Shown here: in pieces, positions 39,511-47,640 of the stretch | Position numbering within the stretch: position 1 is the stretch's first letter | Layout: every line of letters starts with the position of its first letter | Assembly (NCBI GenBank): GCA_965369865.1 | Contig: CBDURU010000010.1 | Coordinates: 1 to 56,064 of the forward strand | Direction of reading: 5' to 3' | Length of the DNA: 56,064 bases | Source: an uncultured bacterium | Lineage (GTDB): Bacteria; JAJVIF01; JAPKYR01 | Notes under the pieces: model-generated | What the model was told of the DNA's origin: nothing | Seen by the model: only the letters and a program-made list of their open reading frames with translations | Databases searched by the model: none | Translations under genes and position numbers: made by a program

Positions 39511-39891
39511 ATGGCAACACTCGCATTAACGAAAGAAAACATCAATGAAACGATTAAAAATAATGATATCGTAGTCATTGATTTCTGGGCGGAATGGTGC
39601 GGACCTTGTAAGGCATTCGAGCCGGTCTTCGAGAAGGTGTCCGAAGCGCATGAGGATATCGTTTTCGCCAGGTGCGATACCGAGCATCAGCAGGAGCTTG
39701 CTTCCGGTTTCCAGATCCAGTCGATTCCGACACTCACCGCATTCAGGGAGCAGATCCAGGTTTTCAGGCAGTCCGGAATGCTGCCCGAAGAAGCCATTGA
39801 AGAGCTGATCGGGAAAATCAGGGAGCTTGACATGGACGATGTCCGCCGCCAGATTGAGGAAGCTGAGAAGTCCGAAGGCGGATATAATTGA
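39511..39891 (+). CDS. trxA: Thioredoxin
   Basis: DFWAEWCGPC, IQSIPTL. Confidence 0.93.
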   Translation: MATLALTKENINETIKNNDIVVIDFWAEWCGPCKAFEPVFEKVSEAHEDIVFARCDTEHQQELASGFQIQSIPTLTAFREQIQVFRQSGMLPEEAIEELIGKIRELDMDDVRRQIEEAEKSEGGYN

Positions 39892-39951
39892 TCTCTGATT
39901 TCAATTCTAATCTCTATACAAAATGTCACTGAGATGAAACGGGGAGGAGTT

Positions 39952-40014
39952 ACGGTTACAATCGAACTGACAGAGGATAATTTTTCTGACTTCGATTTCT
40001 TCCCAATCTGTTAA
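39952..40014 (+). pseudogene. Probable remnant of a second thioredoxin gene
   Basis: GGAGG RBS, then ACG (in place of ATG) VTIELTEDNFSDFDF, resembling thioredoxin N-termini. Confidence 0.45.
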
Positions 40015-40024
40015 TGACTGGATA

Positions 40025-40053
40025 TTGACCAATCGGCCACGCGATTGTACAAT
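40025..40053 (+). promoter_or_regulatory. Candidate sigma70 promoter
   Basis: TTGACC-17 bp-TACAAT. Confidence 0.6.
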
Positions 40054-40112
40054 CCATGCTACTTCCTTAAACCCTTACAGGTTGAAGGCCAAATTCAGTA
40101 AAGGAGCCAGCT

Positions 40113-41039
40113 ATGCGGCTGTTAACAAGATCAGATTTCGATGGTTTAGCCTGTGCGGTACTCCTGGTGGAAGCCGGGATTGTCGATGAGTACAAATTTG
40201 TGCACCCGAAGGACGTCCAGGATGGGTTGATCGAAGTAACCAGTAACGATGTCCTTACGAATATCCCGTACGTACACGGATGCGGGTTGTGGTTCGATCA
40301 CCACTCGAGCGAGAAGGAGCGCGAGGAATTAACCGAGAAATTCCATTTCGAGGGCGATAGCCGTCCTGCGCCAAGCTGCGCGAGAGTTATTTACGATTAT
40401 TACGGTGGTGCGGAAAAATTCTTGAAACTCGATGAGACCGGACTAATGGCCGCTGTCGACAAATCGGACGCGGCGCAGTTCACGATCGATGAGATTCAGA
40501 ATCCGGCAGGATGGGTGCTGCTTTCATTTATCATGGACGCCAGAACCGGCCTTGGACGTTACCGCGATTACCGTATCTCGAACTACATGCTCATGGAGGA
40601 CATGATCCAGTACTGCCGGACCATGAACGCTGGCGAGATACTGGAAATCCAGGATGTCAAGGAACGGGTCGAGCGCTATTTCCAGCAGGAACCCCTTTAT
40701 GAGGAAATGATCAGTTCCAACAGTCGAGTTGCCGGCAATTGCCTGATTATCGACCTGCACGAGGTCGAGGAAATTCTGAGCGGTAACAGGTTCAAGGAAT
40801 ATGTCCTGCACCCGGACTGCAATGTCTCGATAAGGGTTATCTGGGGATTTAAAAAGCAGAACATGGTTTTTACAGTCGGGCACAGTATCGTCAACAGGAC
40901 ATCGAAAACCGATGTCGGGTCGCTCATGTTGAAGTACGGGGGCGGCGGGCATGAGGCTGTCGGGACATGTCAGGTGCCGGTTGGCGATTGGGAGCAAAAA
41001 CTCGGGGATATAGTCGCGGCCATAAATTCGGACGGCTAG
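40113..41039 (+). CDS. DHH-family phosphoesterase (exopolyphosphatase / nanoRNase-like)
   Basis: RSDFDG, FDHH, GGGGH motifs. Confidence 0.85.
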   Translation: MRLLTRSDFDGLACAVLLVEAGIVDEYKFVHPKDVQDGLIEVTSNDVLTNIPYVHGCGLWFDHHSSEKEREELTEKFHFEGDSRPAPSCARVIYDYYGGAEKFLKLDETGLMAAVDKSDAAQFTIDEIQNPAGWVLLSFIMDARTGLGRYRDYRISNYMLMEDMIQYCRTMNAGEILEIQDVKERVERYFQQEPLYEEMISSNSRVAGNCLIIDLHEVEEILSGNRFKEYVLHPDCNVSIRVIWGFKKQNMVFTVGHSIVNRTSKTDVGSLMLKYGGGGHEAVGTCQVPVGDWEQKLGDIVAAINSDG

Positions 41040-41137
41040 ATCGCAGGGTTTGGATTAATTTAAGAAGTTTCCAGGGCTTGTGCCCCAGGCTGCTTCAATA
41101 TTTCTGACAAGGATCTGGGTTCAGGTTGGAATAAATC

Positions 41138-41166
41138 TTGTCCCAACGTTGTATCTGGATTATAAT
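41138..41166 (+). promoter_or_regulatory. Candidate promoter upstream of the tRNA-like element
   Basis: TTGTCC-17 bp-TATAAT. Confidence 0.6.
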
Positions 41167-41199
41167 TTAGAATAGGGTAGATGCAATTAATTACATAAT

Positions 41200-41284
41200 G
41201 CCCCCCAGTGGTGGAATTGGTAGACACAAGAGATTTTCAATCTCTGGAGCCATGGCTCGTGTGGGTTCGAGTCCCACCTGGGCA
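41200..41284 (+). tRNA. Atypical or pseudo tRNA: Leu-type body (long variable arm), TTC (Glu) anticodon, imperfect acceptor stem
   Basis: D arm GTGGAATTGGTAGACAC; anticodon arm AGAGA-TTTTCAA-TCTCT; variable arm GAGC-CATG-GCTC; T arm GTGGG-TTCGAGT-CCCAC; acceptor CCCAG/CTGGG only 5 bp in register; no encoded CCA. Confidence 0.8.
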
Positions 41285-41301
41285 TTTTTAAAAAATTAAT
41301 T

Positions 41302-42954
41302 CTAAGGATTATCGCATAAGAACTGGGCCGAAAGGTAATCAAGCAGTGCTGATGATTTTTTCAGGATTTCAGATATTATTCCTTTAAGATCATTGCTGCT
41401 GGTTTCGAAATTGTTAATAACTTTATCGTACTTCTTCCCCTTTTTATGACTACTCCCTGAAGACCTTAAATCCCATAGATCCCTTAGAAATCCGATATGC
41501 TTTTCAGTTCCAGGAGCTCCTCGCTTGTTTAAAAATAATTCCAGCTTCCCGATGCTTTTAATTTCACTCAAATCCTCTCCTTGGAGTTCTTTTTTTAACT
41601 GTTTATCATTTATTGATTCAATCAAGATTGTTGAAATACTCTGAACAATATCATCAAATTCTGATTGTTCCTGGGTTAGAGGTATCCTAATAACGTTGTA
41701 GTGGTATGAATCTTTATCACTAAGCACCGAAAATAAATCCCAATTATACTTTGTTCTCCATGTATGAATAAATTCTTTGTATTTTTGTTTAAAGATATGA
41801 TCATCTGCTTCTGGATCAGCGAATTCTGCCATAAAATCTCTCTGAAAAGCTGCAACGCTTAAAGGTTCCTTATCGTAATAATTAAAAGGTTTCCAATAAA
41901 GCTGCTCCGTATGGGGTAATTTTTCACCCAGGTCACCTATATATACAATTACAAAATCCTCGTGATCGTTATCCATGGATAGTCCCCAGAGGCCCCCACA
42001 AGACAAGTAACCATCTTTTACTGTATATTTAGTGGGTTGATTATAATATTTTGCTAGCACTTCCTTTCTAAAATAGACAGGCATAAGGAAATGAGGCCCT
42101 TGAGATTCCATAAACATTGGACTTGGAAGGTTATTAGGATTACAGGAAATTAATATTTCTTCATCTTCTTCACTTAATCCTACGATGAATTCCTCATATT
42201 TCGCTTCAATATTATCGGAATATGGCGATATGCAACATTTCTTTTTATCATAAGCATGTATGATCTTTTTACCACATAGTCTTGAGAATATCTTTTCTTT
42301 ATATCCTAATTTCCTAATTATTAATGAATATATATAATTATCTGATTTATCAGAAATCCTTGTATTTTTAAAATCAAATTCATCGATGCTATGGTTAGAG
42401 AACCGACAGTTATCAAAATAGAGAACCAGGTCCATATCCTTAACCGTTAGAAACGACTTCAGTTCCTTTGACCGGATTTTTATTTCTGAATCACTTGCCT
42501 TGATTACTGTTTCGTCATCGCCTGCATCATTAATTCTTACATATATATTCCTAGTACTGTCAAAAAAAAGATTGAATATAAGCCTAAACTCATCTGTGAT
42601 TTCTATATTTGGCTCTTTTATTCCATCATAATTTCTCCGATATACTAATGGTTCAATTCCCTGGACATCACCAAACCTTGTATATATAACTTTCTCGCAA
42701 TCATCTTCGTATGTCGTATAGCAGTGCGGAGTACCGAAAGAACTTGAGATATCCCAAACATCAAAATCCAGGATTCTAGTGATAATTTCGTTCGGTATCA
42801 GAGCAGGTACAATACAGACATTATCACGGAAGTCGTCATGACGTTTATAGACAGCGATGAATTGATCTTTCCCCATTCGATCTTTCATGAAGTCTATAAA
42901 ATCTTCATGAAGGAGAAATGACTTTTCGTTTAGAATATTTTTATTTAAACCCAT
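41302..42954 (-). CDS. AT-rich hypothetical protein with C-terminal HEPN-like R-X5-H motif (putative defence RNase)
   Basis: Strongly AT-rich; DLRSSGSSH in a helical C-terminal domain. Function is inference. Confidence 0.65.
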   Translation of the reverse strand: MGLNKNILNEKSFLLHEDFIDFMKDRMGKDQFIAVYKRHDDFRDNVCIVPALIPNEIITRILDFDVWDISSSFGTPHCYTTYEDDCEKVIYTRFGDVQGIEPLVYRRNYDGIKEPNIEITDEFRLIFNLFFDSTRNIYVRINDAGDDETVIKASDSEIKIRSKELKSFLTVKDMDLVLYFDNCRFSNHSIDEFDFKNTRISDKSDNYIYSLIIRKLGYKEKIFSRLCGKKIIHAYDKKKCCISPYSDNIEAKYEEFIVGLSEEDEEILISCNPNNLPSPMFMESQGPHFLMPVYFRKEVLAKYYNQPTKYTVKDGYLSCGGLWGLSMDNDHEDFVIVYIGDLGEKLPHTEQLYWKPFNYYDKEPLSVAAFQRDFMAEFADPEADDHIFKQKYKEFIHTWRTKYNWDLFSVLSDKDSYHYNVIRIPLTQEQSEFDDIVQSISTILIESINDKQLKKELQGEDLSEIKSIGKLELFLNKRGAPGTEKHIGFLRDLWDLRSSGSSHKKGKKYDKVINNFETSSNDLKGIISEILKKSSALLDYLSAQFLCDNP

Positions 42955-43018
42955 TTCCTCACCCCCACTAAAATAAATTATCAAAACCTGATTATATCAA
43001 AAAACTTCGTACCCCCCC

Positions 43019-43774
43019 CTATCCATCGTACCCGTAATCTGTTGGGTGGATCTTGCGCATCGGACGCTGGCGGGTTTTTTCCTCGATTGAGTGAGCTATC
43101 AGACCAGGCACACGCGACATCATGAAAAATCCGCTCATCAGTTCAGGCCTGACGCCAAGGTCGCCAAGTACCGCACCGGTCGCGCCGTTTATGTTCAAGG
43201 TGAGAGGTTTTCCGGAATCTGCAAATCCCTTCTCCAGCGCTTTCACCATTCGGATATTGTCGCCATCGAAATTGAGTTCATCGCAAATCTCAAAAAGCCT
43301 GACCGTGCGCGGATCGATTTTATGTAACTGGTGCCCGAACCCCGGTATGCGCTTTTCCTGTGCCTTATAATCTGAGATCAATTTTGCCGCAGCTTCATCG
43401 AATGAAATGCTGTCGTTTTTCTGGATTTTTATTCCATCCTGTAATGCAAGGAAACAGCCTTCGATCGCGCCGCCATGGTACTCGTTCATGCACATGATCC
43501 CCGACGCGACCGCGGTATTCAGGCCTGCGCCTGTCGATGCGACCCATCTCACGGTCTGGCACGATGGCGGCGCGGGACCGTGGTCGATAGTCTGGGTAAG
43601 GATCGCATCGATGAGTTTTGACGTGACTTCATCGGGCATTTCACCCATCAGGAGAAGCCAGATGGTTTGAGAAAAAGTCATTTTCCCCATGAGGTCCTGG
43701 ATCGGGTATCCTCGGATGTTTATTTTAGTCGGGGTGACCTCGGTGATGGAAGTGTCCCAGTGCAAGTCGGCCAT
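43019..43774 (-). CDS. Citryl-CoA lyase / small citrate-synthase-like protein
   Basis: W.TSI, IRGY, DHG, HGGA, PGFGH, DPR, SRVPGLIAH..EE; 251 aa. Confidence 0.88.
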   Translation of the reverse strand: MADLHWDTSITEVTPTKINIRGYPIQDLMGKMTFSQTIWLLLMGEMPDEVTSKLIDAILTQTIDHGPAPPSCQTVRWVASTGAGLNTAVASGIMCMNEYHGGAIEGCFLALQDGIKIQKNDSISFDEAAAKLISDYKAQEKRIPGFGHQLHKIDPRTVRLFEICDELNFDGDNIRMVKALEKGFADSGKPLTLNINGATGAVLGDLGVRPELMSGFFMMSRVPGLIAHSIEEKTRQRPMRKIHPTDYGYDG

Positions 43775-43888
43775 GGTGGATCTCCTGAATGAAGTAATCT
43801 ACGCATATTAATTTATGCACAGAGAGATTGTAGCGCGGAAACCCTTATGGAATGCAAGTGGAAATTTGCTAACGACGCGAATTGTGCT

Positions 43889-43945
43889 TGTAACATGCGC
43901 ATGTTACATATTACTATACAAAATTTAAGTATTCTGTGGTATAAT
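43889..43945 (+). promoter_or_regulatory. Perfect 20-bp palindrome (candidate operator) and extended -10 promoter upstream of dnaE2
   Basis: TGTAACATGCGCATGTTACA at 43889-43908; TGGTATAAT at 43937-43945. Confidence 0.6.
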
Positions 43946-44005
43946 CCTTCCAGGTTTTTTGATTTCTGTGTTTTGTAAGTCTCTAAATCCTGGAAGGAGT
44001 TACCC

Positions 44006-47000
44006 GTGCCGGTTCCTGAACTTCATATCCACTCCGCCTACAGTATGCGACGTGGGACATCTCTCCCCGAACTGCTCGTGAAGCGTGCCGCCAACCTCGG
44101 CTACACCCATCTCGCGATCACCGACCGCGACGGGCTCTGGGCGGTCCCGAGATTTGTAAAGAGTTGCCATAAGTATGGTATCGCTCCCATCATCGGTTCC
44201 CAGATTGCCGATCCCGAAAATCCGGGCCGACGGCTTATCGCCCTTACCGAAAACCTGGACGCGTTTCGGAGGCTTTCGGAAATTGTCAGCACAAGGCATC
44301 TCGAAAGGGACAACGGTTTCGATCCGGTCGAGCTGGCGGCGGAGTACGCCCATGAGGGTTTCGTTGTCATCGCAGATCTGCCCGACATCCTCTGCGAGCT
44401 TCATGAAAAAATTCCGCCCGGACGGTTGTTCGGCGAACTTACGTGGGGCGAACGATCGCTAACCCGGAAAAAATTTTTCAAGATGCTCAGGCAGTGCAGG
44501 CGGCTAAAACGTCCGCTTGTCGCCACCGGAAACGTCCACATGGGATCGAAGGATGAATTCATCATCCAGGCGATCCTTACCGCGATGCGCACCGGCCGAT
44601 GCCTCAAGGACCGTATCCCCATCGTCGACCCGTCCTGCTATCTCAAACCGTACCCGGAATTGGAAAAACCGTTCAATGATCAGAACGTGCAGGACGCCCT
44701 GATGAACGCGAAGGAGCTTGCCGTACGCTGCGCGTGGAAATGGCCCGAAAGAAAATGGCTCATACCGCCCCCGCCCGACCTCCCGCAGGGCAAGCGCCCG
44801 ATCGACCAGCTCACGGAAAAGGTGGTCCCGCGCCTGAAAAAGAAATACAAAAACTGGACCCCCAGGGTGCAGTCGCGGCTCGACATGGAGCTACGGGTGA
44901 TCGACGAGCAGGGATTCGCGAATTTTTTCCTTATCGTCTCCGATGTCGTGGATGAATCGCATCGCAGGGGATACCGCACGCTCGGGCGCGGGTCGGCGGG
45001 CGATTCGATTGTCAGCTACGGGCTCGACATATCGCAGGTCGATCCGATCCGCTACGATCTTTATTTCGAGCGGTTCCTGAATTCCGAACGCTCGTCGCCG
45101 CCGGATATCGATCTCGATTTTTCGTGGAAACATCGCGATGAAATGGTCGGGTATGTCGAGGAACGCTACGGGCAGGAGAAGGTGGCGAGTGTCGGGACAA
45201 TCATCACGCTCGGACTCAAGAGCGCGTTCAGGGAGGTCGGCAAGGCGCTCGGTTATTCAAACCAGGAAATCTCGAAATGGAGCCTTTACCTTCCCACCTG
45301 GTGGGGACACCGCATGGGTGAAATCGATGGTGAGAACCTCGGCAAGCATCCGGTATCGACCGAGCTTCCATTGAATGATGAACCGCTCAGAACGATCATC
45401 AATTACACGAGAAAAATCGTGGAGCTTCCGATCCATCAATCGGTGCATGTCGGCGGACTGGTTATCTCGCCGGAGCCGATCTCGCGCTATGCCCCTCTCA
45501 ACCGTGCCGCGAAAGGATTCGTGATCACTCAGTACGACATGCGCGACTGCGAGGCTGTCGGCCTTATCAAGCTCGATTTATTGTCGCAACGCGGGCTTGG
45601 ATGTTACGAGGACGCGGTCGAATCGATCGCGCGTAACGGTGAGGAAATCAAAATCGACCTCAACAATATGGACGAGATATCGAAGGACGAGCCTACGATC
45701 AGGCTTTTCAAAAGGGGCGCGACGGTGGGATGTTTCGATGGCGAATCCCCGATGATCAGGGGGCTTATCAGGAAACTCGGGACGCCGTCCTATGACATGC
45801 ACATGGCGGCGACCGCGCTTATCAGGCCCGGCGTATCGGCAAGCGGAATGATGCAGGAATTTATCGAGCGCCATCACAATCCCGAAAAAATAAAAAACGC
45901 CCATCCGAAAATGGCGGAAATTTTAAAGAGCACTTACGGCGTCATCGTTTACCAGGAGGACGTCATCAAGGTGCTGCACGAACTTGCGGGGGTGTCGCTT
46001 CAAAAGGCCGATCTTTTACGGCGCATGATGAGCGGGAAAGCGCTCGACAGCCGTACGGCGAAAGATGACCTCGAGAGGGATTTCAACGAGAAATGCGAGG
46101 AGCGTGGAATCGATAAGGAATCGCGGGAGGCGATCTGGAAACAGGTCGCGTCGTTCGTGGGTTACTCATTCTGCAAGGCGCACGCGGCGCAGTTCGCGAT
46201 TTTAGCGTGGCAGTCGGCGTATCTGAAAGCGCATCATACCGCGGAATTTTTCGCGGGACGAATTGGGAATGTCGGCGGGTATTTCCCGGTGGATTATTAC
46301 ATCCGGGACGCGCGGCGTTTCGGGGTGAATGTCGAGCTTCCCGAGGTCAACCGCAGCGAGAAAAATTATGTGGGCCGCGGGAAGCGTGTGCTCATGGGAC
46401 TCGAACAGGTGGGGTGCCTCCACGAGGACATGATCGATTCGATTCTTCTCGCGAGGAACACGGGCGGGAAATTCGGGTCGGTCTCCGATTTTCTCGCGCG
46501 CAGCGGGGCAGGGTACGAACAGACGCACGCGCTGATAAGGGTGGGAGCGTTCCGATCGCTTCATACTCCAAGGCCGGTACTGCTTTCGGAACTCGCGGAA
46601 GCGTTCAAGGCAAAGATACACCGTCCCGCCGCGTCCCCCCGCCAGCCGCTGTTGTTCAAGGAGAGGATTGGAGATGGTGGGAGGGGACACCTGCTTTCCG
46701 GGACGGAAAGAGATGTCCCCGGCGAGGAAGTTGATGGAGTGGGGGATGATGTAGAAAATCGGGGACAAAATCGGGGACGCCTTTCCACTCATCCTTGTGG
46801 AGTGGGGGATGATGTAGAAAATCGGGGACGCCTTTCCACTCGAAATCGGGAAGACAAAAATCGGGAAGACAAAAATCGGGGACGCCTTTCCACTCGTCCT
46901 CGAGTTGAAGGTGTCCCCGATTCCCAAAATAACCATCCTAAATTAAGGGGAGATAAAAATAACCATCCCCCCAGGGGGGGGATTACAGGGGGGGGCTGGG

Positions 47001-47605
47001 ATCGCGACTACACCCTCTTCGAACAAATCCAGGCCGAGATCGACGTCCTCGGCATGATCGTATCCATCCACCCGCTCGAGCCGCTCAAGGGCGCGATGCG
47101 TAAGGCCCGATTTATCCAGGGCACCGAAATGAAACATTACGAAAATAAACGCGTTCGCATGGGTGGCATACTGGTTTCGTTCAAACCCGTCACCACGAAA
47201 GAGAAGGGCGAACCGATGGCGCTGATATCGCTCGAGGATCTGTCGGGAACATTCGATACGGTGATTTTCCCAGAGGCATACGCAAAACACGCGTTGATAC
47301 TTCGCGCGCGATCCGATGGCGGGTTGTGCATGGAGGGGAAAATACAGGTCGATCACGGGACATGCACGCTGGTGGTCGACAGGGTTATGCCACTGAACGA
47401 GGTACTGAACATCAAGAGATCAAAGAGACAGCGACCGAACGAGATCAGGATGGGTATCAGGCCGACGATCCCGACCTATCCGGATAATGTGGAATTGCCG
47501 GACAGGAGCGGTTTGGATGATACGAGCAAGCCTGACGGTGACAGTGGGCTGAAGCCCCGCACTGCAGATGGTGAAACTCCCGCTGTACAGGTGGCGGCAG
47601 GCTGA
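44006..47605 (+). CDS. dnaE2: DNA polymerase III alpha subunit, error-prone DnaE2/ImuC type
   Basis: PHP domain (HIHSAYS, ITDRDG), GRGSA, FERFLN, PDIDLDF, KLDLL, YSFCKAHA, C-terminal OB fold; imuB-like gene nearby; repeat-derived linker insert. Confidence 0.88.
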   Translation: MPVPELHIHSAYSMRRGTSLPELLVKRAANLGYTHLAITDRDGLWAVPRFVKSCHKYGIAPIIGSQIADPENPGRRLIALTENLDAFRRLSEIVSTRHLERDNGFDPVELAAEYAHEGFVVIADLPDILCELHEKIPPGRLFGELTWGERSLTRKKFFKMLRQCRRLKRPLVATGNVHMGSKDEFIIQAILTAMRTGRCLKDRIPIVDPSCYLKPYPELEKPFNDQNVQDALMNAKELAVRCAWKWPERKWLIPPPPDLPQGKRPIDQLTEKVVPRLKKKYKNWTPRVQSRLDMELRVIDEQGFANFFLIVSDVVDESHRRGYRTLGRGSAGDSIVSYGLDISQVDPIRYDLYFERFLNSERSSPPDIDLDFSWKHRDEMVGYVEERYGQEKVASVGTIITLGLKSAFREVGKALGYSNQEISKWSLYLPTWWGHRMGEIDGENLGKHPVSTELPLNDEPLRTIINYTRKIVELPIHQSVHVGGLVISPEPISRYAPLNRAAKGFVITQYDMRDCEAVGLIKLDLLSQRGLGCYEDAVESIARNGEEIKIDLNNMDEISKDEPTIRLFKRGATVGCFDGESPMIRGLIRKLGTPSYDMHMAATALIRPGVSASGMMQEFIERHHNPEKIKNAHPKMAEILKSTYGVIVYQEDVIKVLHELAGVSLQKADLLRRMMSGKALDSRTAKDDLERDFNEKCEERGIDKESREAIWKQVASFVGYSFCKAHAAQFAILAWQSAYLKAHHTAEFFAGRIGNVGGYFPVDYYIRDARRFGVNVELPEVNRSEKNYVGRGKRVLMGLEQVGCLHEDMIDSILLARNTGGKFGSVSDFLARSGAGYEQTHALIRVGAFRSLHTPRPVLLSELAEAFKAKIHRPAASPRQPLLFKERIGDGGRGHLLSGTERDVPGEEVDGVGDDVENRGQNRGRLSTHPCGVGDDVENRGRLSTRNREDKNREDKNRGRLSTRPRVEGVPDSQNNHPKLRGDKNNHPPRGGITGGGWDRDYTLFEQIQAEIDVLGMIVSIHPLEPLKGAMRKARFIQGTEMKHYENKRVRMGGILVSFKPVTTKEKGEPMALISLEDLSGTFDTVIFPEAYAKHALILRARSDGGLCMEGKIQVDHGTCTLVVDRVMPLNEVLNIKRSKRQRPNEIRMGIRPTIPTYPDNVELPDRSGLDDTSKPDGDSGLKPRTADGETPAVQVAAG
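46683..46995. repeat. REP-like hairpins inside the dnaE2 coding sequence
   Basis: Inverted family-B variant at 46683-46720; family-A arm fragments and a full copy at 46874-46922; C/G-tract hairpin near 46965-46995. Confidence 0.88.
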
Positions 47606-47640
47606 AAAAAATGATTGCGGCACATTATGAAAAAATGCGA

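Noticed and set aside
41200..41284. tRNA-Sec or opal suppressor (TCA in the loop)
   Set aside because: TCA sits at 35-37, not 34-36; no extended acceptor or D stem typical of selC
46650..47000. Intein in DnaE
   Set aside because: No N-terminal C/S or C-terminal HN splice motifs; low complexity and matches intergenic repeats
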